From: the human T2T-CHM13v2.0 reference genome, Homo sapiens
Assembly (NCBI RefSeq): GCF_009914755.1
Contig: NC_060947.1
Strand: one strand, 5' to 3'
Length of the DNA stretch: 64,000 bases
Below, in pieces: positions 1-10,821 of this stretch; the first letter of the stretch is position 1; each line of letters begins with the position of its first letter. The notes below the pieces were generated by a model, which was not told the DNA's origin, searched no databases, and saw only the letters and a list, made by a program, of their open reading frames with translations. Made by a program: the position numbers and the translations under genes.

Positions 1-606
1 GTGCATGGAGCTGTAACAATGTGGAGGAGCATAGGATGAAACTTTGCCACAGGTGGGAAATACTAACATGCAGAAAAGGAGTCCTAAAAATGACTCAATA
101 TGTGCTAAATAAATGACTTTTAAATGTAGTAAGTGCCACTTCTGTACACAATTATTGGTAAAGAATAATTTTGGAGTCCATTTTTAGATACCTTGTCAGC
201 TTTCAAAAATATCACCATTTGAACACAGCAAGTGGTTTCTGATTTTTATTTCTTTAATTTGCCAGATTGTTTGTATTCTTGTAATTATAACTAGCCTAAA
301 TGGATAGCTATTGAGAGTGTAGTGTCTGTGCTGAAGATGTTAATGCATTTATGTTTTCTTTATTGCTCTGGGAAATAGTGGTATTTCATGTTAACATTGT
401 GAGTTCCTCTGTACCTCTTTAGCACACTATTTATTCCATAAATAACATGACAATAAAAATAAAGTCGAGTGACCACCCGCTTTAAATCTACATTCAAATC
501 AAATTTCGTCACTAGATTATTGACATAAATAAATACACATAATTGGTTTTCAAAATGTGGCTACCTCCTCATTATTCAGGACTTGATTATACAGGTCATA
601 AGTTAC

Positions 607-942
607 TGATATGGTTTGACTCTGTGTCCCCACCCAAATCTCATCTTGTAGTTCCCATAATTCCCACATGTTGTTGGAGGAACCCGGTGGAAGGTGACTG
701 AATTATGGGGGCGGGTCTTTCCTGCACTGTTCTCGTGATAGTGAATGGGTCTCACGAGATTTGGTGGTGTTAAAAACGGGAGTTTCTCTGCACAAGCTCT
801 CTCTTTGCCTGCCACCAACCACATAAGATATGACTTGCCTCCCCAGCCACATGGAACTGTGAGTACAATTAAACCTCTTTCTTTTGTAAGTTGCCCAATC
901 TCGGTTATGTCTTTGTCAGCAGTGTGAAAACAGACTAACACA
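607..942 (+). mobile_element. THE1 (ERVL-MaLR) solo LTR, THE1B-like, with ~30-bp internal deletion
   Basis: Begins TGATATGGTTTG..TGTGTCCCCACCCAAATCTCATC and ends CAGACTAACACA. Perfect 5-bp TSD GTTAC at 602-606 and 943-947. Confidence 0.93.
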
Positions 943-2184
943 GTTACTTAAGCTTGTTTCCTGCTTGTCAGCATCACCACTAGAGTCAGGATTCAGGAAG
1001 AGAGAAGAGGAAAAAAGCATGACAACCATGTTTGCATCCAATAATCAGTTATTCTACTGATGTTATGGGGAGGAAATTGTAGTATCTTGCTAAGATAAAG
1101 ATTGTGGGTTATTAGTAGATTTAATTAGTCCATACTAAAGGCTGTTGTAATTAGAACTGAGAACACAAAGTTGAAATCACGTACATTTATAAACATGTAT
1201 TATATCTGTATATTAGTCTATGCTATATATAAATACGAAGAAATAACTCTTCACAATGGCTATAATAAAAAGTGTAGTTACTTCCTCTTCGTGATTTTTC
1301 TTTTTACACTTAAGTTACAAGGTCGTTTTATTAAAAATCCAAATGTGAAACTCCTGTCCTTCTATGGGTAATGAAAATAAAAGTTTCATGAAATAATATT
1401 TACCCTTAATATATGTGATATACTTTTATATTGCTATCCTAGTCTATGCATATTTGATGTTTTTTAATAGTGGTTGAGCCCTACTGAATTGATAAAATGA
1501 CTTGTTAATAGATTTTTAAATCACAAGTTGAAAGAAACTGTTTAGTTAACTTGACAAGCTATCTTGATGTTGCATATCACTAGGTAACTGTAAACAGTGT
1601 AGATTGTATTTACTGCCCCTGGAAAAAAATGCCTGGATTTTATCATTACTTCCTAAAACCAGATTAACTAATTTTTATTTTAATCGTATGTTATTATTTA
1701 ATAATTAAATACATTAGGTATCACATTATGTTATTACCCAAGCCACCAATTTGTAGAAAGGAATATTAAATTTGTTTTTTAAATTCAAAATCTCTTTTGT
1801 TAATTTTTTGCCATTTAAATCTTTCTATGAAGGTGAACTCTGGTGATATAATTTAAATTAAAGATAATATTAAGGCCTTTCTCAGGTTTTATAGAGCAGT
1901 TGAAGTTAGTTTCCAGGTATTTATGGAAAATGCTACTAATGAGGGAATTAAAAAACATCAAGGGTGGAGGGAGGGGCAGAAAGCAATCTAATCAAACTAT
2001 TTTTATTCAAATTTTTTGCCTTATTCATTTTATTTATTTAGTTTTAATAGATGCTATATTGACTAGTTGGAGAGCGAAGAAAGGAGTAGAGTTTGAATGG
2101 AATTACAGTGCACACAAACACAAGAGACTGAAAAGAGCCTTATTCATTTATCATTAAAATGGCTTTGACTTTAAGGTAAATCAT

Positions 2185-2396
2185 GACTGTAAAGCTCATA
2201 AGTTCAGAGATTGTGCCTGTTTAATTAACTTTGATAATTCTAATATAGCCTGGTACCATAGAAGTCCTCTATAAATATGCATTGCATGGATACCTGAATT
2301 GATGTATAATTTTTGTACTTTTGTGAGTATTGAATATTTTGCAGTGCTGTTTTCTGCACATACCATGCACCTAATAAATATTTTTGAATGATGAAC
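2185..2396 (+). mobile_element. L2 LINE 3'-end fragments (decayed)
   Basis: Resembles the L2 3' end (..gcctggtaccatagaag.., ..aataaatatttttgaatgatgaa). Confidence 0.45.
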
Positions 2397-3049
2397 TTTT
2401 GCCTGCTTTGCTAAACTTTCACAGTTTGATAATTTTCACTAGACCAAAAATACATTAGAAAACATAGAAACTCATTTCTGTGATGACAGTGCATACAAGA
2501 AATTCCAGGTTAGTCTGATTTAATGTATTTTTTCTCAGTTGTCAAATATGGTGCATGAAATTTTATTTCTGTACACATATAATAAATTGTGGTTGAGATT
2601 TTGGTCTCTCTCACATTTGTTTAAATAGAAAAAGAAAATATGCTCCTAATACAGTCATCATATGAATCCTAGGATGAATCCCCATTTTTTGGAGGCTTTT
2701 AAAGCTCTAAATCTACTTCTAAAAATTATGCTGTTATCCTCTATAAAAGAGACTATTGAGAAAATTATTCAAAAGCTGTTCTTAAAATTTAACATATTTC
2801 ACCCTCACATCATATTTTATAGTTTTATTTTGTACCTCAGGCCCAGATTGTTGAAAACTGAATGAATTCAACCATTTCTTTATGTGTATAAAGCAGAAAG
2901 TAACCAACATAAAAAGATTACAATTGATCCTGAATATAAGTCAACCAAAAAAATTATCTTTCTTTTTGAACTGTATATATTGCATACATTCAAAACAATA
3001 AAGCTATTATTTGGTTAGTGTCAGAAACTTTCAAGAACTTCCAGATATT

Positions 3050-3580
3050 TTTAAAATTAACTTTAGTGAGATATAATTGCATACAATAAAAGGTATATAC
3101 TTTAAGCATAGAGTTGCATGAGTTTTGACAAATGTGTACACCTATGTAATAATTACACTAATCAAGGTTAAGAACATTTTTATCACCCCAAAACATATTT
3201 CTTCTCTTGGAGTCAGTTCCTATACCTCTACTGCAAACAAGCACTGATGTGATTTCTAACTCTATGTATCAGTTTTTCTTTTTCTAAAACTTGATTTAAG
3301 TTGAATATCTATCAGTATTTTTTATTTACTTTTGTATTACTCTATTGCTTGAATATATTGTATATTTTCCATCTAATTCTCTTGTTGATGGATGTGTTGA
3401 TTGTTAAAGTTATAGCCATTATTTTTTATAGCTATTATAATTTTTGCTCAAGTGACAAGTGGTTTTGTGGACACATTTTTGTTTCTCTTGATTTAAATCC
3501 CTAAAAGTTAAAGTCTAACAGTATAGGCTAGGTTAATATTAACTTTATAAGAAAATGACAAATCTCTTTTTCAAATTCAT
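3050..3580 (-). mobile_element. Old L1 (L1MB/MC/ME) 3' region fragment
   Basis: Antisense L1M 3'UTR motifs (gagatataattgcatac, gagttttgacaaatgtgtacacc, aacatttttatcacccc). Confidence 0.65.
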
Positions 3581-4067
3581 TATGCCGTTACCACCCATCC
3601 CCAGCTTTGTGGTATATATGTATTTCATTTGTATTTACCTTTATGAGACAATTGTAACTATGAAAAACATTGGCAAACTGATCGTGTAAAATATGACAGC
3701 TAGTATAGAATGCATTTATGGCCAAAAAAACCCTAGGGCAATATGAAATTTCCTAGTTAGTGAAAGTAGAACCTGAAGGGTGGGTGCTTAGGTTGACAGG
3801 AAAAGGGAAGTAGAGAGGAATAAAGAGGTCAGAATGAGATAGAGAATGAATTAGGAAACACGCACTACTTCACCACTGTGCCTGTGTTTTCTATTCCATA
3901 GAAATAAATCTATACTTATTTTTCTGAATAAAAATTCTATTGACCTCATTTAGATTATTTTACAACCAAGAGAAAATGAGAAACACAAGGCAGCAAAATG
4001 GTAGGTGCTCCTCTCACTACTAAGAAATAACAAATTTATGGCATAACTCTTGACACTGGGAGAAGAT

Positions 4068-4262
4068 AGCAGCATATTGTAGAATCAAAGGAACAGACGT
4101 TGAATGAAGAGATATTGCAATTTTAGTCCCACTTCTGCTGTTTATTAGAGTGTGACTTTGTACACGATGCTCAATATTTCTGAGCATCTATGATTTCATA
4201 AGTTGTATGAGAAAATTATAATGATAACCTCTCTAGCAGATTAGTTTAGGAATTCAAAGAAT
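4068..4262 (+). mobile_element. MIR SINE fragment
   Basis: MIR core-like: ttttagtcccacttctgctgtttattagagtgtgactttg...tttctgagcatc...ataatgataacc. Confidence 0.6.
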
Positions 4263-4729
4263 ATTTTTCTCATTTGCCTAGCTATTTTGATACATTATGA
4301 ATATTAATCCTTCTTTCCGTGTTTATGGGGGTTATTGCATAATAAGAAATACAACTTCATACATGTATAATCAAACCACAAGTCAAAAGGGTTGAGGATA
4401 GCCTAGATATTGCCTATGACATTTATACTCCTTACAAGACCTCTAGTATATCTTCAATTTTGAACATTGAAAGAACTAGAAGATATATTGAATTTGTTCA
4501 TTTTGGCTACTACTTTCTTATTAAGAATTGCCTATTTTCTCACACTTTGAAGATCCTTGAAAAATATGACTTTTATCACAGTAATTGCACTGAGTTAACC
4601 AAAAGTGGTAGTAAGCAATGAAGCCAGCTACTTCACTCATGAGTTGTTCTTCTAGAATATGAGGCTCGTCAATCATTTTACCCTGTTTTTATTTATTTCA
4701 CATCACTTTGAAATTACTCACCTTTACAT

Positions 4730-4870
4730 ATTTGTTTATGTTCCATCTTTCCACTCAAATATAAACTCCATAATCAGTATCAGATCAGTGTCATATCTAT
4801 TGTGTTCTCCTTTTCTACCCAGCATTAACATAATGTCTGATGCATATTCTCTGTTTAATATATTTTTCTA
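4730..4870 (+). mobile_element. L2 3'-end fragment
   Basis: tataaactccat..., cccagcattaacataatgtctgatgcata resemble the L2 terminus. Confidence 0.5.
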
Positions 4871-5484
4871 ATAAGCAGTCTCTTACTTCTTTAAAGCTTT
4901 CTTTTTGCAAACTTTCTCCTCAAGGTACTCTGAAAAGGAAAACCAAGAAGGGCCACTTTAAAATACTTCAAATACTTAATAAACAAGTAAACATTTGTAT
5001 GATTTCTCAATAAATGTTTTACAGTTAATACTGGATATTTCCTTTCCTTAGGGAGAAACAATAACAACAAAGTTGTAGACTAATATCCATTTTTCAGTGA
5101 GCCTTTGACAGAAAAAAAATGGTCTAAATTTTCAAACTGTTGGGAGAGAGTCAGGGAGTGGCAGTGTTGACAAAAATGTTAGGTAGGTACAAGAACTGTG
5201 AAACAATGCTCTTCTCCAGCTAATGAGTGTTTTATGGCAAAGCCTTCTGGACATAGAGTTTGAAAATCAGCTGTTATTCTATCAGTGGAGGTAAAGCTTC
5301 TATTTTCTGTGACCTTTGATCACTTACTTAATTTTCTCTAAGCTAAAATTATTTTTTTACAGACTTTCAAAAAGAATGAGAAAACAAAGGGCTTATTTTA
5401 GAAAACAGTCCTGAGAATAAATCCAAAGTGTTGCCAGTCATTTCGTACATTGATTTTTCTTATGGCAAACACTTCTTTTTTAGT

Positions 5485-5832
5485 ATAGATTGTTATTTAT
5501 TCTTTGAGATGTAAAATTCTATGGATCTTATCAAATGCATAATGTCAGATGTCAATCATTTAGGTATCACAAAGAATACTTCACATCCCCAACCCAGGCA
5601 ATCACTGATCAGTTTACCATCTCTGTAGTTTCACCAGTTCCAGAATGTCATATAAATAGGGACATAAAGTGTGTAGCTTCTTCATACTGTCTTCCTTCAC
5701 ATAGCAATAGTTATGAAAGATCAATCCATGTGTTTGCATGTGTGGATACTTCAATACTTTCTTTATGAATGGTATTCCATTGAATGGATGCACCCTAATT
5801 TGATTATGGATGCAGCAATGGAAGGACATTTT
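5485..5832 (-). mobile_element. Old L1 (L1MC/MD-like) 3'UTR fragment
   Basis: ccaggcaatcactgatc...ttccagaatgtcatataaat...tattccattgaatggatg is typical antisense L1M 3' sequence. Confidence 0.7.
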
Positions 5833-5966
5833 AACTTTAAGGTTTTTTTAAAAACTTTTATTTTAGGCTCAGAGGTACATATGCAGGTTTATTGTATAGG
5901 TAAACTGTGAGTCACAGGAGTTTGGTGTACAGATAATTTTATCACTAGGAAAATAAGCATGGTACC

Positions 5967-6152
5967 ACCATCTTTGGGATTATGGCTGAACACCTTTAAG
6001 TAAGAATCCCACCCAGGTGGAACAATAGTTGTTGCCTTGGTAATCCTGCTCAGTATGAGAGGAACCACAGATTCAGACATTTGGTGTATGTGCTTGGCTG
6101 AGGAACCAATGGGGCCGAAATGATCTCAGCCTATTCTGGAACTTTAAATGGG
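5967..6152 (+). pseudogene. 28S (LSU) rRNA-derived fragments, three pieces in scrambled order
   Basis: 5967-6027 accatctttgggattatggctgaac..cccaggtggaacaata; 6028-6115 gttgttgccttggtaatcctgctcagtatgagaggaacc..ccaatggggc; 6110-6152 tggggccgaaatgatctcagcctattct..aactttaaatggg. All match recalled human 28S sequence, and many differences are CpG decay. Confidence 0.85.
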
Positions 6153-6835
6153 GTGATTGACCCAGACTATCAAGATTAAATCAGTCTACTACTCCACAAT
6201 GGAGGTAAGGAAGAATATGCGTGGAATACAGGAGATCTCATAGGCTGTCTCTTGGTATTACCATGCCTCCTGATTAAGTTCAATGGGAAACTACAACAGC
6301 CCAATCCAGGCAGGACTACAAATGGCCCAGACCCTTCAGGAATGAAGGTTTGGGTCACTGCAGCAGGTAAAACTCCATGACCTGCTGAGGTGCCTGCTAA
6401 AGGCAAAGGGAATACAGAATGGATAGTAGAAGGTAGTCATCAATACCTGCTACAACTACATGACCAGCTGCAGAAATGAGCACTGTAATTGTCATGAGTA
6501 TTTCCTCCTTATGTTGTTAAGAACATGTTTGTGTTGTATTAAGAAAATATGTTCATTTTATTTCCTTTTATATCACGTGACATAAGATTTATTGACTTCA
6601 TATCAGCATTTAAGTTTTGTTAATGTAATAGCATTTATGTTGGGGATTGGTTCACTTCTGGTTATACAAAGGAAAGCTGTATTGTGCTAGGTGTAATTAT
6701 GACCTTATTATTGTCTTTATTTGGAGATTATATACTATTTCAATAATGTGTATGGTTTTAAGTTGACATGGGGCAGATTTGTGATGGTTAATATTGAGTG
6801 TCAACTTGACTGGATTGAAGAATGCAAAGTATTGT
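6149..6835 (+). mobile_element. HERV-L internal 3' end (dUTPase remnant, PPT) plus first ~55 bp of an MLT2 LTR
   Basis: Frame from 6150 reads GVIDPDYQD*ISLLLHNGGKEEYAWNTGD..KFNGKLQQPNPGRTTNGPDPSGMKVWVT. PPT-like ttgacatggggcagat is followed by the LTR start TGTGATGGTTAATATTGAGTGTCAACTTGA at 6780. Confidence 0.88.
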
Positions 6836-7398
6836 ACCACATTTTCTTTTCCAACATACCATTGATTGGCATGTATGTTGATTCTATGTCTTTATTACTG
6901 AGAATAGTGCTACAATGAACATATGTGTGTGTGTGTGTATTTGTGGTAGAATGATTTATACTCCTTTAGGTATACAGCCAATAATGGAATTTCTGGGTCA
7001 AATGGTAATTTTGTTTTAAGTTCTTTGAGGAATTTCCACACTGCTTTTCACAACAGCTGAAATAATTTACTGTCCCACCAGCAGTATATAAGTGTTCCCT
7101 TTTCTCCACAACCTCACCGGCAACTGTTATTTTTTGACTTTTCTATAATAGCCATTCTGACTGTTGGGAAATTGTATCTCATTGTGGTTTTGATTTGTAT
7201 TACTCTAAGGGATAGTGATGTTGAGGATTGTTTCATATGCTGTTGGCTGCATGCATGTCTTCTTTAGAACAGTGTCTGTTCATGTCTCTTGTTCACTTTT
7301 TAATGAGGTTTTTTTTTGTTTTTGCTTGTAAATTTGTTTAAGTTCCTTATAGATTCTGTATATTAGACTTTTGTCAGAGGCATAGTTTGCAGATTTTC

Positions 7399-9098
7399 AG
7401 CATTCTTAAAAAATTCAACCAAAAATTTTATATTCAGCCAATATGTTTCATAAGTGAAGGAGAAATAGAGTCCTTTTCAGACAAGTAAATGCTCAGGAAA
7501 TTTATTACCTCCAGACCTGTCTTACAAGAGTTCCTGAAAAGAGTGCTAAACATGGAAAGGAAAGACCATTACTAGCCAAAAACACACTTAACTATACAGA
7601 CCAGTAACACTATAAAGCAACCAAACAAGTCTGCCCAATAACCAGTTAACAACACAATGACAGAATCAAACTTGCATATATTAATACTAACATTGAATGT
7701 AAATTGGCTAAATGTTCTGATTAAAAGGTGCAGAATGGTAAGTTTAATAAAGAAGCAAGATCCAATGGTATGTTGTCTTCAAGAGATCCATTTCACATGC
7801 AGTGACATTTATAGGATCAAAATAAAGAGATGAAGAAAAATCTACCAAGTTAATGGAAAACAGCAAAAAAGAAGGAGTTGAAATCCTTATCAGTCAACAC
7901 AGACTTTAAACCAACAATGATCAAAAAAGATAAAGAAGGGCATTACATAATGGTAAAGGGTTCAATACAACAAAAAGATCTAACTATCCTAAATATGTAT
8001 GCACCTAACACAGGAGCACATGGATTCATAAAGCAAGTTCTTTTAGACCTTTAAAGAGACTTAGATTCCAATGCAATAATATTGGGAAATGTCAACAACC
8101 CACTGACAGTATTAGACAGATCATGGAGGCAGAAAATCAAGAATATTCAGAACCTAAATTCAACCCTTGATCAAATGGACCTAATATACATCTACAGAAC
8201 ATTCTGTTGTGGCTTTTTTACTCCCATAATTCAGAAGGCAGGAGTGTTACAGCTCTTTTACTCCCACCATCCATAGCTCAGTGAGCAGGAATGTTACAGC
8301 TATTTCACTGCCACAATTTGGCAAGTTGTGGATTCTTGTCCCTCAACCAAGAGGAATAAAGTACACAGACACTGCAGAGGGGGTAAGGCAGAGTAGAATT
8401 TATTAAGTGAAAGAAAAGCTCTTGACAGTGAGAGGGGACCTAAAAGTGGGTAGCCATCTGTGAGGCTGAGTCCAGGGTTTTTATGGGCTTTCAATGGGAG
8501 AATGCATGCTGACTGGTTTAGGGGTGGACTTGGAAAAGGCACCGTTTGATTAGTTAGAAGGCATCATTCGGAAAGAACCAATTGAGGAAGAGTGGATAAG
8601 ACAGAGATGGAAGTTCTCCCTCTGGAGTGTGGATTCTATCTGGAGCTGGTAGCTTGGTTTTCAGGCTTTAGTCTGTCCTTGGCTTGAAGGTCAAGTTTCA
8701 CCAAGGACCCCTCCCTGTCTGCCCAGAAATTTGTCTCTTGCCACTGTCAATTCCACCCCAAAACAACAAAATATACATACTTCTCATCAACACCTGGCAC
8801 ATACTCCAAAACTGACTACAAAAGTGGACATAAAATAATGCTCAGCAAATTCAAAAAGAATCATACCAACCACATTCTTGGACCACAGCACAATAAAAAT
8901 AGAAATCAATACTAAGAACATCACTCAAAACCATACAATTACATGGAAATTAAACAATCTGCTCTTGAATTGCTTTTGAGTAAATACTGAAATTAGGCAG
9001 TAATCAAGAAATGCTTTCAAATTAATGAGAACAATGATACAATATGCCAGAATCTCTGGGACACAACTAAGGCAGTGTTAAGAGGGAAGTTCATTGCA
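7399..9098 (+). mobile_element. L1 ORF1 C-terminus and ORF2 endonuclease segment, inverted relative to 5843-7398
   Basis: ORF2 start ATG at 7657 (MTESNLHILILTLNVN..), followed by endonuclease-region sequence (acagactttaaaccaacaatgatc, cattacataatggtaaagggttcaat). Frame is disrupted. Confidence 0.88.
8205..8749 (-). mobile_element. ERV1 solo LTR (MER61/LTR27/LTR28/MER52-like group) inserted in L1
   Basis: TG..CA ends and 4-bp TSD ATTC at 8201-8204 and 8750-8753. L1 sequence rejoins cleanly across it (atctacagaac-attc-cacccc). Confidence 0.8.
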
Positions 9099-9450
9099 AA
9101 CTTTTACCAAACCTTCTTTGCCAAAATTGAGCTTCCTGTTTTGATTCTTCATCTATGTCAAAACTTACTAATTGTTAGCAGCTGGTTTATTCTTCTCTCA
9201 AATTATGTCTCATAATTGCTCTATGAGTCAATAAGTGATGCCAATGAGGATGTCAGTTATTTCAATAGATCCTTATACTCTACAGATGGTATTTACATAG
9301 CATAGATGAAGCCAACTAATGGGGGCTATGTTAAGAAGGTGGTGAGAAATCAATGGTGGCATAAATTAATAAAACTTCTTTGGTTTCAAGAGTAAGTAAG
9401 CTTCATTTGCCACAAAATTGACCATTTGCATAATTACATATGCTAGAATA

Positions 9451-9572
9451 ATACTTTAATGATTTTTCACGTGAAGGAGTTTTTAGCTTTTCATCTGTTT
9501 TAACCAAGAGGATACTTTAATGATTTTTCCCATGAAGGAGTTTTTAGCTTTTCATCTGTTTTAACCATGAGG
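9451..9572. repeat. Tandem duplication, 2 x 61 bp
   Basis: 9451-9511 and 9512-9572 differ at 3 of 61 positions. Confidence 0.95.
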
Positions 9573-9900
9573 ATAAAAGTACCAAATACTTTTTCAAAAA
9601 CTCCCTCAATTTTCTGCAGTCTCTTAGAATGTTTCAGCCATTTTTATCTATCTTTTATTTTGGTGAAAAGGGTTCTACTGTTACAAAAATAACCTTGCAT
9701 TTATGCTTAATTTTGTATTTTCTGAGACTTTGAATATTTACTTATCCTTGCTTCTTTTTTCATCTCCAAACTCTCTTCATTCCTTCCTCCTCTGTATCTG
9801 CTAATTAAATACATCACTGCATCACCTCCAAAAACAAACAAATACCCCTCTCATTATGTTTTTTAATCCTGAAATATAGTTTCTATATCTTCTTTCTTCT

Positions 9901-10509
9901 ATCAACGGATATATCAAAAACCTAAGTTATACATGTTTATTTCAATATTAGAAGTAATATTCATCCATGGGATTCTGAATTCTTCTTTTATCACAGTTAT
10001 TCAAATTGCTGCCTCAGAAGTAATGGAGAATATCCTAAATACAAATTCAAAAGCCTATTCTCAGTACTCAACAAAATTTAAAACTGGAGCATCTTATCCT
10101 GATGACCACCCACTTTTTGAAAATGTTTTCTTCCTTTTCTTTAGTGTCAGTGCACTGTTCTGCTTTTTGTTCTACTTCAATCTTATTCATGCATTGACTC
10201 ATCTCATTGATGGATATATCAAAAACCTAAGTTATACATATTTATTTCAATATTAGAAGTAATATTCATCCATGGGATTCTGAATTCTTCTTGTATCACA
10301 GTTATTCAAATTGCTGCCTCAGAAGTAATGGAGAATACCCTAAATACAAATTCAAAAGCTTATTCTCAGTACTCAACAAAATTTAAAACTGGAACATCTT
10401 ATCCTGATGATCCCCCACTTTTTGAAAATTTTTTCCTCCTTTTCTTTAGTGTCAGTGCACTGTTTTGCTTTTTGTTCTACCTCAATCTTATTCATGCATT
10501 TACTCATCT
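9901..10509. repeat. Tandem duplication, 2 x ~305 bp
   Basis: ggatatatcaaaaacctaag at 9907 and 10212; actcatct ends at 10204 and 10509. Explains the twin ORFs 9933..10256 and 10328..10528. Confidence 0.95.
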
Positions 10510-10619
10510 GTATTCATTCTTACCTTAAATAAAGATGTTTCTTGAAATTCAGCCCCTATGTCTTATTTTGGCTTTTACTACCAACCAGAGCAATTTAAAC
10601 CACTATTGAAATTTCAGCT

Positions 10620-10790
10620 GTCACAATTCTTTGATGTGAAACCACATTTCTAATTCTGACCCCTTTGCTGAGATCCCATCATGCATTTTCAATTGCATGT
10701 GGATACTTTCATATTCTTGTCTAAATTCCAACATGCCCAAATCCAAATATATACTATTTCTCCCCCAGATTCACAATTTTTACATGTGTG
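10620..10790 (+). mobile_element. L2 fragment
   Basis: ttttcaattgcatgtggatac..aattccaacatgcccaaatccaaa resembles L2. Confidence 0.45.
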
Positions 10791-10821
10791 TGTCTATAGA
10801 ACTGAAATTCTTTGGAGAAGA

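Larger units (their letters stand above)
5843..7398 (-). mobile_element. L1PA15/16-like 3' end and ORF2 C-terminus, interrupted by the 5967-6835 insert
   Basis: T-rich tail, then ttttaggctcagaggtacatatgcaggtttattgtataggtaaac. Resumes at ~6833 (gtaccacattttcttt) and runs to catagtttgcaga. Confidence 0.85.

Noticed and set aside
5967-6152. Functional rRNA gene
   Set aside because: Only ~185 bp, scrambled and CpG-decayed.
9933-10528. Pair of near-identical ORFs resembling a small gene family
   Set aside because: Explained by the 305-bp tandem duplication. No domain, splice or promoter support.
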